This document shows, piece after piece, positions 9,427-20,511 of a DNA stretch of 64,000 nucleotides (within the stretch, counting starts at the first letter, position 1; each line of letters starts with the position of its first letter). The DNA is from Bacteroidetes bacterium 37-13 (GTDB lineage: Bacteria > Bacteroidota > Bacteroidia > Chitinophagales > LD1): assembly GCA_001897535.1 (NCBI GenBank), contig MKTC01000028.1, forward strand, positions 10,409 through 74,408, read 5' to 3'. The notes below the pieces were generated by a model. It had not been told where the DNA came from and did not search any database. It saw nothing but the letters and a program-made list of their open reading frames with translations. The position numbers and the translations under genes are program-made.

Positions 9427-12294
9427 TTAATGCGCTTCTAACCAATTTTTTCCTGTGCCAATTTCAACAATAATTGGCACACGGGTTTTAATAGCATTCA
9501 CCATTTTATCTTCAATTATTGGTTTCACAATTTCTAATTCATCGCGGTGTGTATCAAACACCAATTCATCGTGTACTTGCAAGGTCATTTTAGTGCGCAA
9601 ATTTTGCTTTTGGAATTCACGATGAATATTTATCATGGCAATTTTAATTAAATCGGCAGCACTTCCTTGCACCGGAGCATTTATAGCTTCACGCTCCGCA
9701 AAACCTCGCACAGTAAAGTTTCTGCTGTTTATATCTTTTAAAAAACGTTTTCTGCCCATGATGGTTTGTACATAACCGTGTTCTCGAGCGAAATTTAAAG
9801 TACTATCCATGTAATTTTTTATACCCGGAAATTGCTTAAAATAGTTTTCAATTAACTCCGCAGCTTCTTTTCTTGCAATACCTAAACGTTGGCTTAAACC
9901 AAAAGCTGAAATGGCATAAATAATACCAAAGTTCACCATTTTGGCATTGCTGCGTTGTGCTTTGGTTACATCTTTCACATCAACGCCATAAACTTTTGCA
10001 GCTGTAGCAGCATGAATATCCATACCATGGTCAAAAGCGCTAAGCATTGCTTCGTCTCCGCTAATTTCTGCCACTAACCGAAGTTCTATTTGCGAATAAT
10101 CGGCACTCACAAAAATGTGTTCTTCATCGCGCGCAATAAATGCTTTGCGCACTTGCTGTCCACGCTCTGAGCGTATTGGTATATTTTGCAAGTTGGGCGA
10201 AACAGAACTCAGCCTTCCCGTTGCTGCAATCGTTTGGTTAAATGTTGTATGCACTCTTCCTGTTTTGGGGTGAACCAATTGCGGAAGCGCATCTACATAA
10301 GTACTTTTTAGTTTTCCGATTTCGCGATAATTGAGTAAAACTTCGGCAATTGGGTGATGCTTTGTAAGTGCTTGTAACGCCTCTTCGTTGGTAGAAAGTT
10401 GTCCGGTAGAAGTTTTCTTTCCTTCAAAAGGAAGTTTCATTTCTTTATACAAAATATCGCCTAATTGCTTTGGCGAATCAATATTGAATTGCAGCCCTGC
10501 GTACTCATAAATTTTTGATTGCAATTGCACTAAATCTGCATTGAGTTCTTTGCTGTAATCATTCAAAAAATCGCTATCAATTTTCACGCCTTCGTGCTCC
10601 ATATCTGCCAATACCGGCACTAATGGATGTTCAATTTCTTGAAGTACTTTTTCAACTTCCACTTGCTTTACCATTGGTGCTAAAACCTGCTTTAGTTGCA
10701 AAGTAATATCGGCATCTTCTGCTGCATATTCAGCAATTTCGTGTAAAGCTACATCTTGCATGCTGCCTTGTCTTTTGCCGCGTTTGCCAATCAATTCTTC
10801 AATGTGAACGGGAGTATAGCCCAAGTAAGTTTCGCTAAGGTAATCCATGCCGTGTTTCATATCCGGCTCCACGAGATAATGCGCCAACATGGTATCGTAA
10901 ATTGGCTCTGCTACTTGCACGTCATATTTTCGCAATACGTGAAGATCGAATTTTACATTCTGCCCAATTTTTATTTTTGTAGCGCTTTCTAATACCGTTT
11001 TAAAACGGTGAACTAATTGCTTTGCTTCCTCAAAATTTTTAGGACACGGAACATAAAAGGCTTCACCTGCTCTTATGCTAAAAGATAAACCAACAATTTG
11101 CAGAGTGAAATAGTCGAGCGAAGAAGTTTCTGTATCGAAACAAAACTCATCGGCTTGCGAAAGTTTTTGAAGCAATTCTTCAATAGAAATAAAGGTTGTT
11201 CCTTCTTGCTTTAGTTCAAGATTATCTGTGGCTACAATGTAATTGTGTTCAGTGTTTTTAATATTTTTTCCTTTAACCTCCGGTTGTGCTTGAGTTTGTG
11301 TTTCAAATGCGGAAAATAAATCTACTTGAGTTCCTGTATTACTGCGCTGCGTAGGTATTTCAGTTTTTCCGGCAGTGTTGTTGTTTACAGAAAATTTTTC
11401 ACCCAAAAGTTTTCTACCTAAAGTTCTAAATTCTAATTCGGTAAAGAGTGTAGAAATCGCTTCTGTATCTGGTTCATCTAAATGCAAATCTTCATCGGTT
11501 ACATTAAGTGGCACATCTAAAATTATGGTTGCTAAATGTTTTGAGATTTTTCCTTGCTCTGCGTATTCCTTAATGTTTTCGCCAAGTTTGCCTTTAATGT
11601 TTGCGGCATTGGCGATAATGTTTTCCATTGAGCCGTATTCTTTAATCAGCTTTTTTGCGGTTTTTTCACCCACTCCCGGAATACCCGGAATGTTATCCAC
11701 GCTATCGCCCCAAAGCCCTAAAATATCTATCACTTGCTCGGGATTATCAATTTCCCACTTTGCCAAAATTTCGTTTACACCAAGTATTTCAATGTCGTTG
11801 CCTTGTCTGCCAGGCTTGTAAATTTTTATGTTTTCTTCTACTAATTGTGCGTAATCTTTATCGGGCGTAACCATGTAAACCAAATGTCCTTCGCGTGCTT
11901 TTTGTTTGGCAAGTGTTCCAATTATATCGTCAGCTTCGTAGCCCGGCACTTCCAAAATTGGAATTTTCATGGCGGCAATAATTTGCTTTATCCATGGAAT
12001 GGAAAGTGCAATATCTTCCGGCATGGCTTGGCGGTTTGCCTTGTAAAATTCATACCCCACAGCGCGAGTAGTTTCCTCTTCATTACTATCGAAAACTACG
12101 GCAATGTGTGTAGGTTTTTCTTTTTGTATAAGTTCAATTAAAGTTTGTGTAAAACCTGAAATAGCGCTCACATTCATGCCTTTGCTATTGCGCAGCGGAC
12201 TTTTGATAAAGGCAAAATATGCGCGATAAATAAGTGCAAAAGCATCAAGTAAAAATAATTTATTGTCTTTCCAATCGGTATTTGTAGCAGCCAT
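9427..12294 (-). CDS. polA: DNA polymerase I
   Basis: LFLLDAFALIYRAYFAF, YEADDIIG, GDSVDNIPG, FDTET, TGRLSS.PNLQNIP, ADYSQIELR, QVHDELVF. Start taken at ATG 12294. Confidence 0.97.
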   Translation of the reverse strand: MAATNTDWKDNKLFLLDAFALIYRAYFAFIKSPLRNSKGMNVSAISGFTQTLIELIQKEKPTHIAVVFDSNEEETTRAVGYEFYKANRQAMPEDIALSIPWIKQIIAAMKIPILEVPGYEADDIIGTLAKQKAREGHLVYMVTPDKDYAQLVEENIKIYKPGRQGNDIEILGVNEILAKWEIDNPEQVIDILGLWGDSVDNIPGIPGVGEKTAKKLIKEYGSMENIIANAANIKGKLGENIKEYAEQGKISKHLATIILDVPLNVTDEDLHLDEPDTEAISTLFTELEFRTLGRKLLGEKFSVNNNTAGKTEIPTQRSNTGTQVDLFSAFETQTQAQPEVKGKNIKNTEHNYIVATDNLELKQEGTTFISIEELLQKLSQADEFCFDTETSSLDYFTLQIVGLSFSIRAGEAFYVPCPKNFEEAKQLVHRFKTVLESATKIKIGQNVKFDLHVLRKYDVQVAEPIYDTMLAHYLVEPDMKHGMDYLSETYLGYTPVHIEELIGKRGKRQGSMQDVALHEIAEYAAEDADITLQLKQVLAPMVKQVEVEKVLQEIEHPLVPVLADMEHEGVKIDSDFLNDYSKELNADLVQLQSKIYEYAGLQFNIDSPKQLGDILYKEMKLPFEGKKTSTGQLSTNEEALQALTKHHPIAEVLLNYREIGKLKSTYVDALPQLVHPKTGRVHTTFNQTIAATGRLSSVSPNLQNIPIRSERGQQVRKAFIARDEEHIFVSADYSQIELRLVAEISGDEAMLSAFDHGMDIHAATAAKVYGVDVKDVTKAQRSNAKMVNFGIIYAISAFGLSQRLGIARKEAAELIENYFKQFPGIKNYMDSTLNFAREHGYVQTIMGRKRFLKDINSRNFTVRGFAEREAINAPVQGSAADLIKIAMINIHREFQKQNLRTKMTLQVHDELVFDTHRDELEIVKPIIEDKMVNAIKTRVPIIVEIGTGKNWLEAH

Positions 12295-12368
12295 GTGGCG
12301 AACATAGTTTATTTGATTTTTACCTTTTAGTATTTCGTTCTTTTGTTTTGTTTTGAAAGAAATTTCAA

Positions 12369-13022
12369 GTGCATTTTTTAGCTCATTTTCATCTTCAAGA
12401 TTCGGCTTCATCGGCAGCGCTTTATTTCGGTAATGCTTTGCCCGACTTACTACCCGGTTTTACTAAAATTTTTAATAAAAATTTAAGAATTTCTTCGCTT
12501 GAGTTAAATAAAAAAGAACGTGATATTCATCACGGAATTTTCACGCATTTTCAAGATGATAAATTGTTTCATTCCAATTTGACTTTTGAAAATTTCTGCA
12601 AGGAACTCACTTCAATTTTGGCAGCAAAACAACCAGATAGAAATGCTTTGCGTCTGTCATTTATTGCACATCTTTTAGTTGAAATGCTTTTTGACCGTTG
12701 GCTGTGCGAAACAAATCCAACTTTGCCCGATAAATTTTATGCTATGCTTGAAAATGTGTGTATGAAAGATGTAGAGCAGTATTTTATGAAACATAAACTT
12801 CAAGATAAATTCAATTTGGTGGAGCAAAAAAGGCAGCGATTTTTAACGCATCGTTTTCTTTATGAATTAAATGAAAGTGAACACTTGGCTTTTGGTGTTG
12901 GGAAAATCTACGACCAAACTACGGGCAAAACCATAACAAATTCTGAACAGTTTCGTATAATTGATTCAACAAACGAATTTTATGCGCAAAACCGAGAATG
13001 GAAAGCGCTTTTGATTAGATAA
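12369..13022 (+). CDS. AcpH-like (ACP phosphodiesterase-related) metal-dependent hydrolase
   Basis: MHFLAHFHL N-terminus, GNALPD, HFQDDKLFH, HLLVEMLFD. Confidence 0.65.
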   Translation: MHFLAHFHLQDSASSAALYFGNALPDLLPGFTKIFNKNLRISSLELNKKERDIHHGIFTHFQDDKLFHSNLTFENFCKELTSILAAKQPDRNALRLSFIAHLLVEMLFDRWLCETNPTLPDKFYAMLENVCMKDVEQYFMKHKLQDKFNLVEQKRQRFLTHRFLYELNESEHLAFGVGKIYDQTTGKTITNSEQFRIIDSTNEFYAQNREWKALLIR

Positions 13023-13025
13023 AAT

Positions 13026-14123
13026 ATGCGTAAAAGAACCCTCAGTATCATCTTTTCGCTCGTGTGTGTTTTTGCTCAAGCTCAAGTGGTGCGAAAATAC
13101 AGCAACGAGTTTTTGAATATTGGTGTTGGAGCCAGAGGCTTGGCGATGGGTGGCGCTCAGGCTGCTTCTGCAGATGATGTTTACAGTGTTTATTACAATC
13201 CTGCCGGTTTAGCACGCATTGAAAATAATTTCCAATTAGGTGTGATGCACAACGAATATTTTGCAGGAATTGCGAAATGGGATTTTGGTGCTTTTGCTGT
13301 TCCTATCCAAGATAAAAAACGCACATTAGGTTTTTCGTTTTATCGCTTTGGTGTAGATAATATTCCAAACACTTTGTTTTTGGTTGGCCCCGATGGAAGT
13401 ATCAATTACAATAATATTCGCTCGTTTTCGGTTGCCGATTACGCCTTTATGTTTCACTATGCGCAAAAACTGCCGGTGAAAGGTTTAACCATTGGCGGTA
13501 GTGCGAAAATTATTTACAGGCAAGTGGGTTCGTTTGCCAAAGCATTCGGTTTTGGCATTGATGTAGGCGTTCAATACCGTTGGAAAGGCTTGCAAGTTGG
13601 CTTAATGGCACGTGATATTTCTTCAACTTTTGCGGCTTGGGATTTCACTTTCACCGAAGAAGAAAAACGAGTATTGGTTCAAACAAATAATGCGCTTCCG
13701 AGCAGCACCACAGAGATTACAGTTCCCACCATTCACATTGGTGCGGCTTATAGTATTTCTATTAAAAACAAATTTTTTATTTTACCCGAAGTGAATTTCA
13801 TTTTAAGTACCGATGGCAGAAGAAATGTGTTGGCACCGGGCAAACCAATAAGTATGGATATGAATGCAGGACTGGAATTGAATTTGTTTAAAATAGGTTA
13901 TATTAGGGCAGGTGTTACCAATTTGCAAAGAGTATATGCCGAAAATGGCAAGCAACATTTCACGGTTTCGCCAACTTTGGGTGTGGGCGTTCACATTAAG
14001 GTGATTTCTTTAGATTATGCTTTAACCAATGTAACTACTTTAGATAAAAACTCTTCGGCAGGTACAGGGCTTTACTCCAATGTAATTTCATTAAGATTAG
14101 ACATTAACAAGAAGAAGAAATAA
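13026..14123 (+). CDS. PorV/PorQ-family (PorV2-like) T9SS outer-membrane beta-barrel
   Basis: Signal peptide, KYSNEFLNIGVGARGLAMG, YYNPAGLA, beta-strand pattern ending LDYA...ISLRLD. Confidence 0.85.
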   Translation: MRKRTLSIIFSLVCVFAQAQVVRKYSNEFLNIGVGARGLAMGGAQAASADDVYSVYYNPAGLARIENNFQLGVMHNEYFAGIAKWDFGAFAVPIQDKKRTLGFSFYRFGVDNIPNTLFLVGPDGSINYNNIRSFSVADYAFMFHYAQKLPVKGLTIGGSAKIIYRQVGSFAKAFGFGIDVGVQYRWKGLQVGLMARDISSTFAAWDFTFTEEEKRVLVQTNNALPSSTTEITVPTIHIGAAYSISIKNKFFILPEVNFILSTDGRRNVLAPGKPISMDMNAGLELNLFKIGYIRAGVTNLQRVYAENGKQHFTVSPTLGVGVHIKVISLDYALTNVTTLDKNSSAGTGLYSNVISLRLDINKKKK

Positions 14124-14127
14124 TGCT

Positions 14128-17100
14128 ATGAAAAAACTTGTTTGGATATTCTTTTTCTTTCTATCAACCGTTGCTGCAAAATTGCAAGCACAGCAGTATG
14201 GCAATGAATGGATAGATTATTCGCGCACACACTTTAAAATTAAAGTTTGGCAAGATGGTGTTTATCGTATTCCATACACAACTTTACAAGCTGCCATTCC
14301 AAGTATATCATCAATAAATCCGGCTAATTTGGTGCTGTTTAGAAATGGTGAACAAGTGCCAATTTATATTTCAAATAACACAACAATTGGCGCTGGTGAT
14401 TACATCGAATTTTATGGTGAAAAGAACAGGGGCGAAGTAGATAGTAGCTTATATGTGCCGCAAGGTTCGCAGCCACATCCGTACTATAGTTTATTTACGG
14501 ATACAGCTACTTATTTTTTAACTACTTCTGCCACACAAGGCAATAGAAGATTAGAAGCTACCAACAATGATTTAAACAACTTACCTCCAAAAGAAACTTT
14601 CTTTATGCACACTGCTCGCATGGCGTTTGCCGATGGTTTTTTTGAAGGGAAAGTTTACTATGCCGGACAAGAAGAACTTTCTAAATCTACTTTTGAAGAA
14701 GGCGAAGGTTGGAGCAGCGGCTGGGTGAATAGTTCACCAACTGATATTGTTCAGAACATGGGCACTCCAACAATTTATACCGGACCGGGAAATCCGGGTA
14801 TTGCCAACTTTAAATTTTATCATTTAAGCCGAAGCAATACACCGCATATTCTCACAGTAAAAGTTGGTGGACAAGTAGTTTACAATATCAGCTATCCGGG
14901 TTGGAAGCAAAACCGCTTTGAACAGCAAATCTCTTTGGGATTACTTACCTCTGGTACAACGCCAGTTGCTTATCGTTTCAGCGATAATTCACCCGGTTTA
15001 ATGCAGAATCGAATCGAGTTGATTGAACTTACTTATCCGCGTCAATTTGATTTTAATAATAATCAGCTTTTTAAATTTTTTATTGATGCTTCCGGTGCTA
15101 AAAAGTACATGGAAATTTCAAATTTTAAAGACAATGGCTCAACGCCAATTTTGTATGATTTAACCAATGGTTTAAGAATTACTTCAACAGCGGGAAATGT
15201 AAAAATTGCATTGCCGCCTTCTTCAGTAAAAAGAACTTTATTGCTTGCAAGCGAAAGTGTAATTAATACAATTACTTCAATAACTCCGGTTGATTTTGTG
15301 AATTATACCGCGTTGGCAAATCAGGGAAATTATGTAATTATTTCGCACCCTGCTTTAGGTGTAAATGATAACAATAGTCAAGTAGAGCAATATCGCCAAT
15401 ATCGAGATATTAATGGCGGCTGGGGGGGAAAATATACCGCAGTAAAAGTAGATATTGAACAACTTTACGACCAATTTGCTTATGGCATTAGCAAGCATCC
15501 TTTAGCGATTAACAGCTTTATTCAATATGCAGTAAATAGTTGGAGTGCGAACAAAAAACCGCAGTATGTTTTATTGTTAGGCAAAGCGCGCGAATATCCA
15601 GATATGCGAGCAAGTAGCGCAACAGCAGCGCGCAATCAATGCTTAGTGCCAACTTTTGGTTTCCCGGGTTCAGATATTTTATTGGCTTGCCCGATTGGCA
15701 CAAACACACCGAGCGTTGCCATTAGTAGAGTTGCTGCTCAATCGCAAGCGGATATAAAAGTGTATTTAGATAAATTAAAAACTTATGAAGGTTTGCAATC
15801 CCAATATGCTCCAGACCAAAATATTCCGGGTAAAGAATGGATGAAACATGTTCTACATTTTTCGGGCGGCACTACTTCGCAAGAGCAATCGCAGTTGTCA
15901 GGCTATGTGAATAGCTGGAAGCGAATAATTGAAGATACGCTCTATGGCGCAAAGGTTACTACATTCTCAAAAAATTCACCAACGCCAATAGACCAAGCAC
16001 AGCAGCAAGTTGTAAAAGGTATTATCAACCAAGGCATTTCATTGCTTACCTTTTTTGGGCACTCTTCAGCAAGTTTAGGTTTTGATGTAAGCATTGATGA
16101 GCCTAATAATTACACGAACTATGATAAATATCCAATAATTATTTCTAACGGATGCTTGGTGGGCTTAATTCACAGTGCTTCGCGAAACTATAGCGAACGA
16201 TTTGTGATTCCAAGAGCAGGCGAAGGCTACCAAGGAATGAATACCGGAGCCATTGCATTTATGGCAACCACCGGTTTATCTGTTTCGAGTGGGTTAAATG
16301 TTTTCACCAGCAGAGTTTACAATAATCTTGCAAAAATAAATTATACCAAGCCTTTTGGCGATGTGATAAAACAAACAATGATTGATGTTGATGGGTGCTG
16401 CTCCGGAGATAATTTTAGCATGATGGTGGCGTATGAATTTACTTTGCATGGCGACCCTGCTCTCACACTAAATCAATATCCAAAACCTGATTATGCAATT
16501 GATAATTCTTCGCTGTATTTTAATCCATCTACCATTACAGCGGCAGCAGATACTTTTGAAGCAAAACTTATTGTAACAAATTTGGGGAAAGCAATACCGA
16601 ATACTATTCGCGCAACGATTTATCGCAGAGTTTACGACCCGCAAAATCCTTCAAACTTTATTGATTTAACTTACCATCAACCGCTTACAAAATGCTACTA
16701 CAAAGATACGGTAACATTTAAACTGCCTACTTTAGTTCCTTACGGAAACAGCTATATCGGCTATGGTGCAAATGGGTTTGGAGCATTCATAGAAAGCGAA
16801 GAAAAAGTAGATGAAATGGCTGAATTGAATAACCGTATTCCACTTGGAAGTATCGTTACAAATATTCAGAGTGATGATATTATTCCTATTTATCCTTACG
16901 AGTTTGCTATTGTGCCTAAACAAGGTGTTACACTCAAAGCTTCAACCGTAAATCCTTTTGCGCCTTATCGCTCTTATCGTTTTGAAATTGACACAACAGA
17001 GCTTTTCAATTCATCAAAATTAGTTTCGGGCACTGTGGCACAAAAAGGCGGTGTGGTAAAGTTTACACCCGGCATCACTATGGAAGATAGTGTGGTGTAT

Positions 17101-19278
17101 TATTGGCGCGTGGGAATTGATAGTGGCGGCACTGGAAAAAATTGGCACTATAGTTCGTTTATTTATTTAAAAGATGAATATCCGGGTTGGAATCAAAGCC
17201 ATTATTATCAATACAAAAAGGATAATTTTAATTTGCTGAATTATGGCACAGATAGAGTATTTCGCTTTGCAAAAACGGCAAACCAAATTGATGTAACTGC
17301 CGGTGGTGGCGACCCGATGGGCGTAAACTGGCTTTACAATGGAGTGGTGATGCACAACGGAAGATTTATAAACAAAGTAGGCTACAATTATGGTTTGGTT
17401 TTTGCGGTTATTGATAGCGCCACTGGTAAACCTTGGGCGAGTATAAATTACGGACCTTCGAGCTATGCCAAGTTTGGAAATATTCACTTGCCACCGGGCT
17501 TAGCTGCATTGGAGCAATATGGTTTCGATTTTAAAACAGATAACACCAACCACCCAACAATTACCGGAAAAAAATGGCCACAAGTTATCAGCGATTTTAT
17601 TGATTCTATTCCAAATGGAAGTTATGTATTGGTTTATACTATTAACTGGAAGCCACAAGACTACACTACTTGGGATACTGTTTTAGTGAATGCTTTAGTG
17701 AATAAATTAAGTGCTGCCACATTTCAGCAATTAAAAAATGGTGCAAGCGATGCTCCATATATTTATTTCACACAAAAAGGCAATCCAAATTTTCCTACAC
17801 TTAGCCGATTGGGCAACTCGCCTAATACAAGTAGAGTTTCAGCTTCCACCAGTTTTATTGGTACTTGGTACGAAGGATTTTTATCTTCAACCGTAATTGG
17901 TCCGGCACGCGAGTGGGGAAGTTTCCATTGGCAAAATAGAAGTTTAGAAAATCCGAGTACCGATGGAGATACCGTTAGCATTTTTGGTATAAACCAAGCC
18001 AACCAAAAAGTACTTTTGTTAGAAACTACACAACCCAATAATTATATTCAAAATATTGATGCTGCTACTTATCCGTATCTACAATTGGTTTTAAAAACTA
18101 ATGATGTACTGAATAGAACACCAACGCAACTCAAGTACTGGCGCGTACTTTACAAAGATGTACCAGAAGCCGCATTGAATCCTGCTGAGCATTTTGTGTT
18201 TTCGGATAGTGTGTATTTAGGCAGTAATTTGAACTTAGAAATTGCAGTTGAAAATGTTACCGAATATCCGATGGATAGCTTGCTTACCAAATATATTATT
18301 CGCGATGCACAGCTTACACCTTATACTTATTATGTGAAGCAAGATTCGCTGCGCGGTTTTGCAACCATGATTTTGAAATTGAACACCCCAATAAATGGAG
18401 CAAATTATCAAGGTACAAATAGAATTTATATTGAAACCAATCCGCTGGGATTGCAGCATCAATTAGAGCAATATCACTTTAATAATATTGCGGAACTTTC
18501 GTTCACAACCGGAGGCGACAATATCAATCCTTTGCTTGATGTTACTTTTGATGGAAGACATATTGTGAGTGGCGAAATTGTTTCAGCCAAACCAAATATT
18601 CTTATCAACCTAAAAGATGAAAATAAATTCTTGGCATTAAACGATACTTCACTCTTGAATGTGTATATAAAATATCCAAATGAAACTACTCCACGAAGGT
18701 TTGCTTTCGATAATAATATCATGACTTTTTACCCTGCAAATGCAGCAAATTTAGCAAAAGACAATACTGCAAAAATTGAGTTGAAACCTATTTTTACCGT
18801 TGATGGAAAATATGAATTATTTGTGAGTGACCGCGATCGCAGCGGCAACCAAAGCAGCAGCACGCCACAACGCTACGAAGGCAATATTCTTTACGATTAC
18901 AAAACATCTTTTGAGGTAGTTACTAAATCTACCATCACCAATGTGTTGAACTATCCAAATCCATTCACCACCTCAACCAAATTTGTGTTTACCTTAACGG
19001 GAAGTGAAATTCCTGATTACATGAAAATTCAAATTATGACCATAAAAGGTACCGTGGTAAAAGAGATAAGCCGCGAAGAACTTGGAGCAATTAGAATTGG
19101 AAATAACATTACCGAATACGCTTGGGACGGCCGCGACCAATACGGAGATTTATTGGCAAACGGAGTTTATTTTTACCGAGTGGTAACTAAAATGAATAAT
19201 GAAAGTGTAGAACACCGCACCGAAAATTTCGACAAATACTTCAAAAAAGGATTCGGCAAAATGGTGATGATTCGATAG
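14128..19278 (+). CDS. C25 (gingipain-family) peptidase, PorU2-like T9SS sortase candidate with C-terminal T9SS domain
   Basis: YGNEWIDY, LYDQFAYG, YVLLLGK, catalytic FFGHS...SNGC dyad, LHGDP, C-terminal NYPNPFT...WDGRDQYGDLLANGVYFY. Confidence 0.88.
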   Translation: MKKLVWIFFFFLSTVAAKLQAQQYGNEWIDYSRTHFKIKVWQDGVYRIPYTTLQAAIPSISSINPANLVLFRNGEQVPIYISNNTTIGAGDYIEFYGEKNRGEVDSSLYVPQGSQPHPYYSLFTDTATYFLTTSATQGNRRLEATNNDLNNLPPKETFFMHTARMAFADGFFEGKVYYAGQEELSKSTFEEGEGWSSGWVNSSPTDIVQNMGTPTIYTGPGNPGIANFKFYHLSRSNTPHILTVKVGGQVVYNISYPGWKQNRFEQQISLGLLTSGTTPVAYRFSDNSPGLMQNRIELIELTYPRQFDFNNNQLFKFFIDASGAKKYMEISNFKDNGSTPILYDLTNGLRITSTAGNVKIALPPSSVKRTLLLASESVINTITSITPVDFVNYTALANQGNYVIISHPALGVNDNNSQVEQYRQYRDINGGWGGKYTAVKVDIEQLYDQFAYGISKHPLAINSFIQYAVNSWSANKKPQYVLLLGKAREYPDMRASSATAARNQCLVPTFGFPGSDILLACPIGTNTPSVAISRVAAQSQADIKVYLDKLKTYEGLQSQYAPDQNIPGKEWMKHVLHFSGGTTSQEQSQLSGYVNSWKRIIEDTLYGAKVTTFSKNSPTPIDQAQQQVVKGIINQGISLLTFFGHSSASLGFDVSIDEPNNYTNYDKYPIIISNGCLVGLIHSASRNYSERFVIPRAGEGYQGMNTGAIAFMATTGLSVSSGLNVFTSRVYNNLAKINYTKPFGDVIKQTMIDVDGCCSGDNFSMMVAYEFTLHGDPALTLNQYPKPDYAIDNSSLYFNPSTITAAADTFEAKLIVTNLGKAIPNTIRATIYRRVYDPQNPSNFIDLTYHQPLTKCYYKDTVTFKLPTLVPYGNSYIGYGANGFGAFIESEEKVDEMAELNNRIPLGSIVTNIQSDDIIPIYPYEFAIVPKQGVTLKASTVNPFAPYRSYRFEIDTTELFNSSKLVSGTVAQKGGVVKFTPGITMEDSVVYYWRVGIDSGGTGKNWHYSSFIYLKDEYPGWNQSHYYQYKKDNFNLLNYGTDRVFRFAKTANQIDVTAGGGDPMGVNWLYNGVVMHNGRFINKVGYNYGLVFAVIDSATGKPWASINYGPSSYAKFGNIHLPPGLAALEQYGFDFKTDNTNHPTITGKKWPQVISDFIDSIPNGSYVLVYTINWKPQDYTTWDTVLVNALVNKLSAATFQQLKNGASDAPYIYFTQKGNPNFPTLSRLGNSPNTSRVSASTSFIGTWYEGFLSSTVIGPAREWGSFHWQNRSLENPSTDGDTVSIFGINQANQKVLLLETTQPNNYIQNIDAATYPYLQLVLKTNDVLNRTPTQLKYWRVLYKDVPEAALNPAEHFVFSDSVYLGSNLNLEIAVENVTEYPMDSLLTKYIIRDAQLTPYTYYVKQDSLRGFATMILKLNTPINGANYQGTNRIYIETNPLGLQHQLEQYHFNNIAELSFTTGGDNINPLLDVTFDGRHIVSGEIVSAKPNILINLKDENKFLALNDTSLLNVYIKYPNETTPRRFAFDNNIMTFYPANAANLAKDNTAKIELKPIFTVDGKYELFVSDRDRSGNQSSSTPQRYEGNILYDYKTSFEVVTKSTITNVLNYPNPFTTSTKFVFTLTGSEIPDYMKIQIMTIKGTVVKEISREELGAIRIGNNITEYAWDGRDQYGDLLANGVYFYRVVTKMNNESVEHRTENFDKYFKKGFGKMVMIR

Positions 19279-19328
19279 GAATATTTCCTATTTTAAACTT
19301 TAACCAATGCAGTAATTTCAAGTAAAAG

Positions 19329-20036
19329 CTAATGGCAAACTGCCGCACTTCCAGTCGGCAAATCAACAAATGCAGGGCTGATATATGGAATTCCCAAATT
19401 CATACCGCGCAAAATTAAAAGTATTGCCATTGCTGCAACAAATACCGGAACTGCTTTTCGAATACGATTTCTCAAGTTAATATTTATCCAATTTCCCGAT
19501 AAATTTACTGCCAGCATCAGCGGTATTGTTCCTAATCCAAACAGTATCATAAAAACACTTCCTTGCATGGCGTTTCCTGTTGCTAATGCACCTGCCAATG
19601 CCGCATACACCAAACCACAAGGCAAAAAACCATTTAAAGAACCAATTAAAAATAACGATGAAAAACTTCGCGTGCGAAACAATTCAGCAAGTAGCTTTCT
19701 TACATTTTTACTAACCGGATTTAGCCAACTTAGTTGCTCCAATTTTGCACTATATTTTTTAGGCAACAGCACAACAATTAAGATAAGCACACCAACCGAA
19801 ATAGAGAAATAGCGCTGCATTCCTGCAAGCAATACAGCTCCGCCAATTAAGCCAAGCAAAAATCCAAATAAGCCGTAAGTAGTTGCCCTGCCAAAATTAT
19901 AGAGCAGTGCGCCTATAACTTTTTCAATTTTTCCATAACCTTTTAGTGGCAGTGCTAATGCAATTGGTCCGCACATTCCCACACAATGAAAACTGCCCAA
20001 CAAGCCCAACGAAAATGCAGCAAACCAAAATTCCAT
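19329..20036 (-). CDS. Sulfite exporter TauE/DsbD_2 family protein (cbb3 assembly associated)
   Basis: HCVGMCGP and GFLPCGLVY motifs; last gene of the cco cluster. Confidence 0.9.
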   Translation of the reverse strand: MEFWFAAFSLGLLGSFHCVGMCGPIALALPLKGYGKIEKVIGALLYNFGRATTYGLFGFLLGLIGGAVLLAGMQRYFSISVGVLILIVVLLPKKYSAKLEQLSWLNPVSKNVRKLLAELFRTRSFSSLFLIGSLNGFLPCGLVYAALAGALATGNAMQGSVFMILFGLGTIPLMLAVNLSGNWININLRNRIRKAVPVFVAAMAILLILRGMNLGIPYISPAFVDLPTGSAAVCH

Positions 20037-20483
20037 TTATTGAAAATTTATAGTGCTTTCGTTATAGTAAGAAATGCTTCCCGCTTGCCATTCAATTTGC
20101 ATTTGATACATACCCGATTCTAATTTTTCTGAAGCCACAATACTCTTTCCATCGGCATCGGCTTTACATTCCACCATCACATCTTTTTGGCTGCTATTCG
20201 GTTTGTAAAACAAAATTTTTGCACTTGCATTTGCGCTTGCTTCCTTAGGAAAAGTAAGCAAAACCTCTCTCCCACTTACTTCCCACTTTAAAGGTGTTTG
20301 CAAGTTTTTTGTGTTCGCAATTTGGTCTATCCGCTCTTGGTATTTTAGCTCTTTCGCATAATAATCTGGCGTTACCAATTCCACAGTTTTTAGTGAAGAC
20401 CTATAAACCATAAACAAAATAAACACTGCAAAACTTGTATAAGTTAATGCTATTCCCCAGCCCCAATTAAACTTCTTCAACAT
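20037..20483 (-). CDS. fixH: FixH/CcoH family protein
   Basis: NWGWGI N-terminal TM, LVTPDYYAKELKYQ, position after ccoG. Confidence 0.85.
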   Translation of the reverse strand: MLKKFNWGWGIALTYTSFAVFILFMVYRSSLKTVELVTPDYYAKELKYQERIDQIANTKNLQTPLKWEVSGREVLLTFPKEASANASAKILFYKPNSSQKDVMVECKADADGKSIVASEKLESGMYQMQIEWQAGSISYYNESTINFQ

Positions 20484-20511
20484 AAAATATTTCTTTCTAA
20501 GTTTTGAAAAA

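Noticed and set aside
12295-12411. N-terminal extensions in the ORF track (polA; also atpD, E1, trmB, DprE1-like)
   Set aside because: They overlap neighbouring genes or promoter boxes, and family similarity begins at downstream ATGs.
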